From the IMG/VR virus record IMGVR_UViG_3300028772_000011, positions 29,275-93,274 of that record: a stretch of 64,000 nt of DNA. One strand, written 5' to 3'. Positions within the stretch are counted from its first letter, which is position 1, and each line of letters begins with the position of its first letter. The notes beneath the pieces were generated by a model. That model did not search any database, had not been told where the DNA came from, and saw only the letters and a list, made by a program, of their open reading frames with translations. The DNA comes from a virus. Below are positions 37,164 to 46,437 of this stretch, piece by piece. The position numbers and the translations under genes are program-made.

Positions 37164-37384
37164 TTAATAAGTTTTTCTACTAACTGCCCACATTTCATAT
37201 CCAAACATCGGTTAACCAAATCTATTAACATTTCAAAATCATCAACGCTAAGTGAGATTTCCATACCAGCACTTTCAATAACGAGCCATTCAGCCACGGA
37301 ATTATAACTACATTTTTGGGTGATAGTTGTATTTCCATAATCCTCCGATCTATCAAAGGTTTGTTCTTTATAAATTTGTCCCAT
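37160..37384 (-). CDS. hypothetical protein
   Basis: 74-aa ORF. Confidence 0.6.
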   Translation of the reverse strand: MGQIYKEQTFDRSEDYGNTTITQKCSYNSVAEWLVIESAGMEISLSVDDFEMLIDLVNRCLDMKCGQLVEKLIK

Positions 37385-38090
37385 TATATTTAAATAGTTT
37401 TTCTATTGGTTTAGTTGTGTTTGTTGTATGCATTGAATTGGTAACTTCCTTACTCCATATACAATCAAAATCTTTTGGTGCATTATATTCTGATATAAAA
37501 ACCTGATGTCCATTAAGTGTCATATCCCTACACCATTGCCAAAAATCAGTATGGATAAAATTTTTAGATGTAGAATATTGCTTTGTATTTTCATACGGTG
37601 GATCACAATATATAATTGAATTTGATGGGACAATTAAATCGTAGTAATTCATAGAACAAAAATGAATACCATTTAATTTATCAGCTTGTTTTAATGTATT
37701 TCGAATTTGTTCGTTAACATAATCCCTTGTTAATGTTTTACCAGAGTATCCCCCATCAAAAAACCTACCGTTAAAAGAACCCATAAAACCAATCCAGCCA
37801 ATTTCGAAATCATTAAAGCCAATATTGGTTCCATTATTAAATTCAGTTCTTGCCCTTGAATAAAGTTCTTTTGGAATCTCCATTGGTTTCCAAAGATTAT
37901 GTTGTAACCCCCACCACATTGCTATAAGATATTTATTTTTATCATTTGTAATTCTATTACCATCAACCTTATCTAATGTACCTAACCCACCACAAAACGG
38001 TTCAACATACCATTGATTCTCAGTTCTATCTTTTAAAATTATTGGTAGAATGTCATTTGCAATTCTACTCTTAGACCCCATAAACTTCAT
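37368..38090 (-). CDS. DNA adenine methyltransferase (Dam/D12 class)
   Basis: FMGSK, YVEPFCGG, IYCDPPY, FISEY. Confidence 0.9.
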   Translation of the reverse strand: MKFMGSKSRIANDILPIILKDRTENQWYVEPFCGGLGTLDKVDGNRITNDKNKYLIAMWWGLQHNLWKPMEIPKELYSRARTEFNNGTNIGFNDFEIGWIGFMGSFNGRFFDGGYSGKTLTRDYVNEQIRNTLKQADKLNGIHFCSMNYYDLIVPSNSIIYCDPPYENTKQYSTSKNFIHTDFWQWCRDMTLNGHQVFISEYNAPKDFDCIWSKEVTNSMHTTNTTKPIEKLFKYNGTNL

Positions 38091-38117
38091 TACCTATCTT
38101 ATTTTTCTGATTTTGAA

Positions 38118-38151
38118 CAAATGTACTGATAAAAAATGTAAAAAACAAGTT
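38118..38151 (-). promoter_or_regulatory. Bacteroidota sigma-A-type promoter
   Basis: AACTTG-N20-TACATTTG. Confidence 0.8.
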
Positions 38152-38220
38152 CAAGTATGAAATTTATTTATTTAAACACAAAATATAAAGTATATAATAT
38201 TATTAAAATCAATAAAGTAA

Positions 38221-38871
38221 ATGGAAGAAAATAAATCTAAATTAATACTTGGGTTAGATGTATCAACTACAACTATTGGGTGTACACTAATGCAAGTTGA
38301 TGGTAATAAACGAGAAATTATTAAAGCGACAGCAGTAAGCCCCAAAATCAATAAAAATATTAAAGGATTAGAGGCACTATTTTTAAAAAAGAAAATTTTT
38401 GAAAATGAATTTTTAAAACAATATGTTGATTTTCAAATTGATGAAGTCATTATAGAGGAGCCGTTAGCGCGATCTAACAATGTTGGGACAGTACTAATAT
38501 TAGCACGTTTCAATATTCTGATAGCTGAATCCGTATATGATTTACTTAAAATAGTTCCAAAATTTATTTCAGTTTACGATGCTCGTTCAAATGCATTTCC
38601 AGAATTGGTTGGTATTCGTACTATCAATAAAAAAGGCGAACCTGTCTCACTTGCAAAGCAAAAAGCATCTAAACCAGCACTCTTTTCAGCATACAGTCCA
38701 GATATCGATAAAAAACAGATCATATTAGAAAAGGTACTGGAGTTATATCCAGATTTGGTGTTCACTTATGATAAGAAAGGTAATCTTGATAAATCAAACT
38801 TTGATGTCACAGACAGCATAACGGTGGTGATTGGTTGGCTTAATGAACAAGAAAATTTAAAATTACTTTAA
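38221..38871 (+). CDS. ruvC: RuvC-like Holliday junction resolvase
   Basis: ILGLDVSTTTIG, VIIEEP, FDVTDS. Confidence 0.8.
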   Translation: MEENKSKLILGLDVSTTTIGCTLMQVDGNKREIIKATAVSPKINKNIKGLEALFLKKKIFENEFLKQYVDFQIDEVIIEEPLARSNNVGTVLILARFNILIAESVYDLLKIVPKFISVYDARSNAFPELVGIRTINKKGEPVSLAKQKASKPALFSAYSPDIDKKQIILEKVLELYPDLVFTYDKKGNLDKSNFDVTDSITVVIGWLNEQENLKLL

Positions 38872-38875
38872 GAAT

Positions 38876-38910
38876 AAAAATCCCGTTAGATTAATTTCAA
38901 CGGGATTTTT
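38876..38910. terminator. bidirectional terminator
   Basis: AAAAATCCCGTT / AACGGGATTTTT. Confidence 0.85.
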
Positions 38911-38917
38911 TATATTA

Positions 38918-39931
38918 CTATTTAAATTCAGGTGCTTTAAAAATGTTTTTCTTTCCAGAGGGCTTTCTATTAGACATTTCTGAATCATCACCCCTTAACA
39001 TTCGATCAATTAATTCATCAATAGTTTCGCTTTCTTTGACAAGCTTTTTCTTATTCTTATTATTAATTCCTTTACTTTCCATTTTAGGTGGTGCTTGTTG
39101 TAAATCATCCCCTCCTTCTATTGGTGCTTCACTTGGCATTCCTTGTTCTGGTGGTACATCACTTGTTTGTCCAATAGATGCACTATCTGTAACATCACCA
39201 CCATCTACTTTACCAATATTATCTTGAACTTTTTTAATTACGTCCTGAGCGTCTTCTGGACTCATATTTGGTATTGAGGCACTTATGATGCTATTAGTGG
39301 CGAATTTATTAAGGTCTCCGTCTTTTGTTGTTTCATTATAAGCCCTTAAACTTTGAGCTAACTTGCCCGATAATTGTTGTATAAATAATTTCGGATCTGT
39401 TGCTTCATCAGCTTCAACGCCAGCATCAAATTTCTCATTTCCAAATGGGTTTTCATTCTGTTGTGGTTCACCCATTGGCGGTTGACTTACACCCATATCA
39501 GGAGCTTCTTGAGACATTTCAGGTTGAACTTGTGATTGTGGAACAGGTAGTTTTAATTTCACCTGTTGTCCACCGTTCACATCTATTTCAGTGAGTTTTT
39601 TTTTAGACTCGTCCATTTCATAAGGTTGGTCTTCATCATCAACAAAGTCAGATTGTCCATAGAATTGTTCAATGGTTTCATTCGAACCCGTTAATTCTTT
39701 AAATTTTTCAAAAGCAATGTCTGTATTTCTAAATGGTTTTGCTTTTTTTAATTGTCCTAAATTATCATATAATATAATTGTAGATCCTTCATTTGCATTT
39801 TTTGACCTTAATTCTACCTTACCATCCTTTGACGCTCTAATGAGATTACCATATTCACTTTCAACACTATAATCACCAAATTCATCTGATTGTTCTGGCC
39901 CATTCAACATATCACGTTGCATATTTAGCAA
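38918..39931 (-). CDS. acidic putative head protein; probably the -1 frame extension of the upstream gene
   Basis: weak TTG start; frame stays open back to the TTTAAAAAAAAAA run in the upstream ORF. Confidence 0.65.
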   Translation of the reverse strand: MLNMQRDMLNGPEQSDEFGDYSVESEYGNLIRASKDGKVELRSKNANEGSTIILYDNLGQLKKAKPFRNTDIAFEKFKELTGSNETIEQFYGQSDFVDDEDQPYEMDESKKKLTEIDVNGGQQVKLKLPVPQSQVQPEMSQEAPDMGVSQPPMGEPQQNENPFGNEKFDAGVEADEATDPKLFIQQLSGKLAQSLRAYNETTKDGDLNKFATNSIISASIPNMSPEDAQDVIKKVQDNIGKVDGGDVTDSASIGQTSDVPPEQGMPSEAPIEGGDDLQQAPPKMESKGINNKNKKKLVKESETIDELIDRMLRGDDSEMSNRKPSGKKNIFKAPEFK

Positions 39932-39957
39932 GTGGTTTTCATCATCATAACCCTCTT

Positions 39958-41577
39958 TTATTTTACTTTTTTTTTTAAATCCCTGATAATGCTTTCAGCC
40001 AATTTATCCATATAACCTTTGGTCTTTTCAATATCATCTTTTGGTTTCATTTCAGTTTTTGCATCCTTTGGTTCAGCAACCAATTCAGCTTCTGCTTTTT
40101 CTGGTGTAACCAATGTTCCATCTGCCTTAGGTTTTTGGATTGCATATTGCCTTGTTCCACCACCTGGCATTGTCATAGGTTCTTTACCAAATGAATCAAC
40201 TTTTCCAAATACATTCAAAATAGCCTCAGTCAATTCATCTTCATCTATTTCATACATTTTTTCTTCTTCGAAAGGCTGTGTTCCATCCAAATCAACTGAT
40301 TCAACATCATCTTCAAATCCAGCGTTGTCATTGTATTCTTGTGGTTCAATATCTAAATTGTCTTCATCATTACCATTTGGGTCTCTTGTTACTTCTTGGT
40401 AAATAGGATTACGATCTAAAATAACATAAAGATTATCCTCCAGATTTTCCAAATCAACTTTTGTATTATTTGTTGGGTCATATCTAAAACCCTTATCAGC
40501 CTTATAATCTTGTCGAATAGTACCAATCAGATCAATTAAATCTTCCATATAAAGATATTCATCATAATCAGCCATTCTATCTGGCATTTTATATACTTTA
40601 TCTTTAATCAAATTTAATGTTCTACTTACCTCTGGATTATTACTAGATAATTTATCAACATCAAATTTCATTTTACGAGTGTTGATATCCTGGCCTTCAG
40701 TTACAACTTCGGCTTTGGTTCCTGGTGTTAAATCAGCTTGGTGAGCTACTGGTGGTACTGCTGGCGCATTTGGGTCTACTGGTGGTTTAGCTGGTGTTAC
40801 AATTGCTGGAACAACAGGTGTAGTTGATGTGGTTGTAGAAACTGCTTGAATAGCTTCCTCGGCCAATTTAGCTTTAACATTTTTCAATTGAAGTCCAGTA
40901 ATTTTAAATTTCTTACCTGCTTTCGAAGGATCGGCTTCCATATCTGGTTTAACTTCATCATTGAAAGGAATTCCGACCTTAGTTGGTTCCACATTTCCCT
41001 TACTTGGTACTTCAGTTCCTTTTGGTTCAGTTACTTTATCGGTAAATGGTTCGGCTTTTTTATCAGCATCTGTAGATGTAATCTTCAAAACTGGTTTATA
41101 TCCAAGGTCTTCTTTCAATATACCAGATGTTTTGAACATGATCTCACGTTGACGAGCAAGTTCTTTACTCATTTCAACGCGTTCTTCTGCTATAATTGTT
41201 TCTTTTGTATCTGGATTAAATGAATCAACAATGCGACCTTTCTGATTTTTAGCTTCGTTAATTGAACGCAATTTAAACTCAAGGTTTTTAACAGCCAAAG
41301 CATACGAATTATTTTCACACATTGATTTATATCCAATTCCACCAACATAGTCGAAATCTTGTTTCAATGGATTTTCCGTTTTTCCAGAAACTTTAATATA
41401 GTATTTATTGCTTTCACGTACAATACCATAGCATTTACCGTCAGCTGCTATTTTTTTATACTCAACGATTTCAGATGAATAGTTTTTATTGTCAGATTCA
41501 GCAAATACACTGAAATTCATTAATCGTTTCATCTCATTTAACTTATTATCAAATGAATTATCGGTGGTTTTAGCCAT
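39958..41577 (-). CDS. acidic putative head/prohead core protein
   Basis: late promoter; LNEMKRLM, ADGKCYGIVRE; many (I/L)xE sites. Confidence 0.7.
   Translation of the reverse strand: MAKTTDNSFDNKLNEMKRLMNFSVFAESDNKNYSSEIVEYKKIAADGKCYGIVRESNKYYIKVSGKTENPLKQDFDYVGGIGYKSMCENNSYALAVKNLEFKLRSINEAKNQKGRIVDSFNPDTKETIIAEERVEMSKELARQREIMFKTSGILKEDLGYKPVLKITSTDADKKAEPFTDKVTEPKGTEVPSKGNVEPTKVGIPFNDEVKPDMEADPSKAGKKFKITGLQLKNVKAKLAEEAIQAVSTTTSTTPVVPAIVTPAKPPVDPNAPAVPPVAHQADLTPGTKAEVVTEGQDINTRKMKFDVDKLSSNNPEVSRTLNLIKDKVYKMPDRMADYDEYLYMEDLIDLIGTIRQDYKADKGFRYDPTNNTKVDLENLEDNLYVILDRNPIYQEVTRDPNGNDEDNLDIEPQEYNDNAGFEDDVESVDLDGTQPFEEEKMYEIDEDELTEAILNVFGKVDSFGKEPMTMPGGGTRQYAIQKPKADGTLVTPEKAEAELVAEPKDAKTEMKPKDDIEKTKGYMDKLAESIIRDLKKKVK
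39967..39979 (-). other. candidate -1 frameshift / slippage site (U UUA AAA, A10)
   Basis: GAT TTA AAA AAA AAA GTA AAA TAA; -1 frame continues into the 38918 ORF. Confidence 0.55.
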
Positions 41578-41599
41578 TTTTTTAATTATTTATTTAATT

Positions 41600-41614
41600 A
41601 TTTTAATATAAATA
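41600..41614 (-). promoter_or_regulatory. late promoter TATTTATATTAAAAT
   Basis: exact 15-mer. Confidence 0.7.
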
Positions 41615-41655
41615 TATTTTTTTTTGAAAAAGTACTGATTTTCTGTAAATTATTT

Positions 41656-43737
41656 TCATTTAATTGAATTAATTTTATCGTAGGTCACAAGTTTCAAATC
41701 AATTAATTTTTCGAAGTATCCATTACGTCTTAAAACTTTAAAAACTATATTACCTATTGAGAGTTCACCATCTTCAGATTCCAATCCTTGTTTCCTTAGT
41801 TTCTTGATTTTATCGTAAAGTTTTTTTGTTTTATTCGATATTACTGTAAGCTCAGTGAAATTAGGTTTTGATTTATAATCTTTTAATAAATTTTCAATGC
41901 TTGTCATAATAGTTGAGGCCTTTTCTTTAATTTTTTTCTTATCAAAATCAGCATCATTTATTATTTCTGGTTTACTTAACCATTTATTTTTTTCCAATGA
42001 AAATTGACCAACAGATGCGTTTTCTTGTTTTATATCCTGTACATACAACTCAATAGGAAATCCAAATATCTTTAGATTTTCATGATCTTCGTTCCATAAT
42101 CTTCTCTTTGAATCAAAATACTCTGTAACTAATTCAATATTTTTATTTATTTTACTAAAATCTACAATCAAATGTAAATCAACATCTGAATAGCTTGACC
42201 AATTGAAATTAGCCATACTTCCAAGGAAAACTATGTCATTAACCTTTTTAATATCAATTGTTAAGTATTCAATAAAATCATCCGCTATTTTAAGTAAACG
42301 TTTCCTTACGATTGGTTTTAACTTACCAGATTCATCCCAAAACTTAGTATTTAATTCTTTTTTAGGTTTAAAAGAACTAAGATTTACGTCTTCAATTGTT
42401 GCTTCGGTTAATTTATTGTTATTAATTTGTTTACAATAATCCCAAACAGATGGTGATATAATTATTTCTGACTTATTATGATTACTATTTGTCCATATCA
42501 TATTATTAGTTGTTGTAATATTTTTAGTTAAATCTAACAATCCACCCCTACTATTTACAACCCTCAAAAAAAACCTATCACCGTTTTTAATCAAACTATT
42601 AATTACACCTCTATCTTTAAAATTGTATATTCGTTTACCATCCCTACGACCACCATAAGAACCATAAAGACCTATAGTTTTACCAACTAAATATTCACAA
42701 TCAATATTTTCTGGATTATTTCCTATTCTTAATTCGACTTCTTCAATTTTTTTTGGAATCCTAAACGTTGCGGCTTTTTTGCCATTAATAGTAGGCATAC
42801 CAAAATCATCCTCGCCAATAGTCTTTATAACAACTTTCTTATTTTTAAACTTACCCATCATTATAGTATCACCAACTTTAACTGGTAATTTAATTTCCTC
42901 TTCCAGATGTTTATTGATTTCATTTAATTGTTCTTTTGTAATCAATATTGTTTTTCCTTCTCCCATTCCATAACGTTTATAATGATTATATTCAGCCTGA
43001 GTTACATTCCCCAACTTATCTCCGATATTTTTATATTTTGCATCTAAAGAGGCTTTCATTTGTGGTGTTTTCATTTTCTCAGCGGATGATAATGTGTGAA
43101 TATTTTGCATTTCACTTGCTGATGAATCATTTGACCCCATGAAATTCTTTACAGGGATTAAATTTCCAATTTTACTATTGGTTTCCCATTCGTAATCTGG
43201 TTCATAGTCCTCATCATCAGCATCTAAATCGGCCTGATACTCATTTGTCTTAATTTCAATCCTATAATTCGAGAAATCTACTTTCAAGCCATAAATGTGC
43301 TCAATTTCAGTTGAAAGTTCTTTTAATAGACTTGGCATTTTATTTTTATCTGGATACTGCCAAAATGATATAACTTTACTATTAGTCCACAATCTTCCAG
43401 GGTGTTCAAAACTACTCCTATCCGATCCAATTCCATTATCACCATATAATACACCATAAAAGTCAGATATACCACGATGCATTTGCATCTTTTCAACAGA
43501 TTTCCAGGCCGTATGATCAATTTCATATTTTTTATCCTGAGATATCTTATTTGACTCAAAAAATAATGTATTATTATATCCAACAAAAGCTCTCCCATTT
43601 AAGAAACCAAAAGCTATCGCATCATCATTTGACCAATGAGCTATCAGATCATCATAACTATTCAATACTTTATCTGGGCTCTCATTTAAATGATTCCTAA
43701 CCTCTTCTAATTGAGCTTTTGTTATTTTAATATTCAT
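41656..43737 (-). CDS. modular virion protein with C-terminal Pol-beta-family nucleotidyltransferase
   Basis: GSMANFNWSSYSDVDLH..IELYVQD; two I-x-I-T-K-x-Q-L motifs. Confidence 0.8.
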   Translation of the reverse strand: MNIKITKAQLEEVRNHLNESPDKVLNSYDDLIAHWSNDDAIAFGFLNGRAFVGYNNTLFFESNKISQDKKYEIDHTAWKSVEKMQMHRGISDFYGVLYGDNGIGSDRSSFEHPGRLWTNSKVISFWQYPDKNKMPSLLKELSTEIEHIYGLKVDFSNYRIEIKTNEYQADLDADDEDYEPDYEWETNSKIGNLIPVKNFMGSNDSSASEMQNIHTLSSAEKMKTPQMKASLDAKYKNIGDKLGNVTQAEYNHYKRYGMGEGKTILITKEQLNEINKHLEEEIKLPVKVGDTIMMGKFKNKKVVIKTIGEDDFGMPTINGKKAATFRIPKKIEEVELRIGNNPENIDCEYLVGKTIGLYGSYGGRRDGKRIYNFKDRGVINSLIKNGDRFFLRVVNSRGGLLDLTKNITTTNNMIWTNSNHNKSEIIISPSVWDYCKQINNNKLTEATIEDVNLSSFKPKKELNTKFWDESGKLKPIVRKRLLKIADDFIEYLTIDIKKVNDIVFLGSMANFNWSSYSDVDLHLIVDFSKINKNIELVTEYFDSKRRLWNEDHENLKIFGFPIELYVQDIKQENASVGQFSLEKNKWLSKPEIINDADFDKKKIKEKASTIMTSIENLLKDYKSKPNFTELTVISNKTKKLYDKIKKLRKQGLESEDGELSIGNIVFKVLRRNGYFEKLIDLKLVTYDKINSIK

Positions 43738-43750
43738 TTAGTTGTTGGGT

Positions 43751-43765
43751 ATTTTAATATAAATA
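43751..43765 (-). promoter_or_regulatory. late promoter TATTTATATTAAAAT
   Basis: exact 15-mer. Confidence 0.7.
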
Positions 43766-43813
43766 CATTCAAATCAGCAAATTTAGGTAATTTTTAGTTT
43801 TTATTTTTAAGGT

Positions 43814-43847
43814 AACTTGTTTTATTCATTTATTATTGGTACATTTG
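43814..43847 (+). promoter_or_regulatory. Bacteroidota sigma-A-type promoter
   Basis: AACTTG-N20-TACATTTG. Confidence 0.8.
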
Positions 43848-43864
43848 CTCAAAACCAAAGTTAA

Positions 43865-44194
43865 ATGAGGAAAGTATCAACACAAGTCAGAATTAGTAAT
43901 GAATTATTAGGTAGTTTTCAGTATGACGTTAAAAATGATATAATCGAATATGATATTATAAATTCTTTATCTAAACATATCGTTAGTGAAAAACTGGTTG
44001 ATATAAAAAAAGAAAAAATCGACATGATAGATGGCGATACATATTCAACAGAGTTTTATATTTTGAAACCAGAAGAAATTAGAGAGATAATTGTTTGTTT
44101 GAAAGATATTAAAAGAAATTCAATCATTAATGATAGAATATATAATAGAGCATCTGAAATACAATCTGTTTTAATTCCAGATGATGAGAAATAA
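43865..44194 (+). CDS. hypothetical protein
   Basis: 109-aa ORF after promoter. Confidence 0.7.
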   Translation: MRKVSTQVRISNELLGSFQYDVKNDIIEYDIINSLSKHIVSEKLVDIKKEKIDMIDGDTYSTEFYILKPEEIREIIVCLKDIKRNSIINDRIYNRASEIQSVLIPDDEK

Positions 44195-44272
44195 TTTTTG
44201 TTAATAAATTTCCGTAAGTTAAACATAATTCATATCTTTGTGGTTCAAATAAATAAAACCAAAACTTAGAAT

Positions 44273-44473
44273 ATGAATAAAAAAATTAAACTTATGAAAA
44301 AATCTGGTGGAGACTTAATAGCAGATGAAGTTTGGGACATGTTACCAAATACTTGTAAAGCAATTATGGAAGATGTAAAAGTATCTTTCAAAGAAAGTAT
44401 TAAAGCTGATGTTAATCAAATGATCATAACAAAAGCCAAATCAATGGTGTCAATTATAACAAGATTAAATTAA
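44273..44473 (+). CDS. hypothetical protein
   Basis: 66-aa ORF; TATCTTTG -7 element at 44233. Confidence 0.6.
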   Translation: MNKKIKLMKKSGGDLIADEVWDMLPNTCKAIMEDVKVSFKESIKADVNQMIITKAKSMVSIITRLN

Positions 44474-44478
44474 AAAAT

Positions 44479-44709
44479 ATGTGTAAATTTATAAAAAAGT
44501 TATTCAATCGAATTAATAAAAATCTTCTCGATGAACTCGGCCCACTTGGTGTCATATATGGTGAGGACGCAAAGGTGTTTATTAAAAAAATGGAAGCAAA
44601 CAATAAAATATACTCAGCTGAAGAAACACCAAAAAAATCACAGTTAACATTATCGGAAAGGATAATTGAGAAAAGTAAAAAAGAACCTTTTATAAATAAA
44701 AATCATTAA
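44479..44709 (+). CDS. hypothetical protein
   Basis: 76-aa ORF, TAATG overlap. Confidence 0.6.
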   Translation: MCKFIKKLFNRINKNLLDELGPLGVIYGEDAKVFIKKMEANNKIYSAEETPKKSQLTLSERIIEKSKKEPFINKNH

Positions 44710-45563
44710 TGAAAATTTACACGAATAATATACCATCAATACTTTCAAATCAATTTGATTTTACTACCAGTCCATATGATAAAGACATTAAATTAGCATT
44801 TCAAAATGAATCAGCTTTTTATGGTAACATTAAAAGTCATTTAGATGTATTTAATATACCAATAATAGGTGGGGAAAGATTAAATAAGATTCAACAATAT
44901 ATTATTTTAAAACAATACGATATTAGAACCCCTAACACCTATTTCAACAATAAAGAATATACAGCATTTCGTAGCATAGGCGAATTTGATTCGTTCTGTG
45001 AGTTAAATAAGTTTGTAGTCAAACCAATTTGTGGGGCAAGAGGTCTTGGTGTAAAAATTATAGATAGAAAACAATTTAAGGACATGTTGGAAAATCCATA
45101 TGATAATGTTCCTACTATTTACTCCAAGGAAATTAATTGCCAAAAATTATGCGAACCAGATATTAACCATTCATATGTTGAAGATCAATTTTCTGATAAA
45201 CAAATGATTGTTCAAGAAATAATAGAAGTTAAAAATGAGTTTAGGTTAATTTGTTTTCCAGAAGACTCGTTAATATATGAACGGAAAAAAGAAGAAGGTC
45301 AATTTCTTGGTAATTTATCACACGGATCAACACCTATAATGGTTGATGAAGACACTATAAATAAAATAGATTCGAAATTAATTTATAAAATTAGATGCAT
45401 AATGAAAAGATTTTCTTATCCTTGGTTATCTGTTGATTTATATGTTAATGATGAAGGAAATATTGGTGTATTTGAGTTCCAAATGGAATTTGCTTATGAG
45501 GGATTTAACCCTATAGATATAAGAAACAGAATGGAAACTGCAATTAAATCATTTATAAAATAA
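44709..45563 (+). CDS. ATP-grasp ligase (RimK-like)
   Basis: VVKPICGARGLGV, IVQEII, EFRL, GNLSHG, SVDL, VFE. Confidence 0.8.
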   Translation: MKIYTNNIPSILSNQFDFTTSPYDKDIKLAFQNESAFYGNIKSHLDVFNIPIIGGERLNKIQQYIILKQYDIRTPNTYFNNKEYTAFRSIGEFDSFCELNKFVVKPICGARGLGVKIIDRKQFKDMLENPYDNVPTIYSKEINCQKLCEPDINHSYVEDQFSDKQMIVQEIIEVKNEFRLICFPEDSLIYERKKEEGQFLGNLSHGSTPIMVDEDTINKIDSKLIYKIRCIMKRFSYPWLSVDLYVNDEGNIGVFEFQMEFAYEGFNPIDIRNRMETAIKSFIK

Positions 45564-45836
45564 TTGATGATAAAGGTCAGATTAAAAACAATGTGGATGA
45601 TTGATCGTGAATTCGAATCAAACGTACCAGAAAAATATATGATTTCACACGGGCTATGGATTACAAATGGGTTAGAGGTTATTAATAGTGATTTAAATGT
45701 TTTTACATTAGTGTGTATATCATCCAATCACAAAGATATAAGTATAGGTGATATTAGAAGATTACCAGAAATACAGTTAATTTCAATGTGTCATGAAGTT
45801 AAATTAGTGTATTTACCAAAATTAATTATAGAATGA
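45564..45836 (+). CDS. hypothetical protein
   Basis: 90-aa ORF. Confidence 0.55.
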   Translation: MMIKVRLKTMWMIDREFESNVPEKYMISHGLWITNGLEVINSDLNVFTLVCISSNHKDISIGDIRRLPEIQLISMCHEVKLVYLPKLIIE

Positions 45837-46036
45837 TAATATATAATACAGATGGAATATTAGGTATTGATAGTTGCCCATTTTGTGGATCAGAATGCAA
45901 TATAGAAAATACAACTTTTGGTGATTCAATGTTTAAATATTATAGAGTTAGATGCACTGGTGAAGATGAACACGCAATAGATAGTTGGCAAGATACACCA
46001 GAAGAAGCAATTAAATTTTGGAACAAACGAAAATAA
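45833..46036 (+). CDS. Lar-like (restriction alleviation) zinc-finger protein
   Basis: CPFCG...TPEEAIKFWNKR. Confidence 0.65.
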   Translation: MIIYNTDGILGIDSCPFCGSECNIENTTFGDSMFKYYRVRCTGEDEHAIDSWQDTPEEAIKFWNKRK

Positions 46037-46041
46037 AAATA

Positions 46042-46428
46042 ATGAAATATTTTCCAATCCACATTAACACAAAAGAAGAAGCGTTACATTGCATTACTAC
46101 AGCTCGAAACTGGAATTCAAAAAGATATGATGAATTAAAAAATTTAACCGATAAAGAATTTAATTCAATAGAAGAGGAAATAGTAATTAAAAGCGGTATT
46201 AATGCGCTTGCTGGTGGGAAAGGTATTATATTACATCAAGCAAATGGAATGCCTAAAATGGTATTAGCCGAACGTATCAAACGCGAATTTATAATGTTTC
46301 AAGTAGATCAATTAATTGATCACTTAACTAATAAATATCAAATAATAGAAGAATTAGATGAGCGTAGGATTATGCATACGGATAAATATACTATTAAAAT
46401 TAGAAATATAAACGATATAGAATTATAG
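46042..46428 (+). CDS. hypothetical protein
   Basis: start moved to ATG 46042. Confidence 0.6.
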   Translation: MKYFPIHINTKEEALHCITTARNWNSKRYDELKNLTDKEFNSIEEEIVIKSGINALAGGKGIILHQANGMPKMVLAERIKREFIMFQVDQLIDHLTNKYQIIEELDERRIMHTDKYTIKIRNINDIEL

Positions 46429-46437
46429 TAATAAAAG

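Noticed and set aside
37368-38871. Restriction-modification pair (Dam-like MTase plus adjacent nuclease)
   Set aside because: The neighbour has RuvC resolvase motifs and is divergently transcribed; an orphan MTase is the simpler reading
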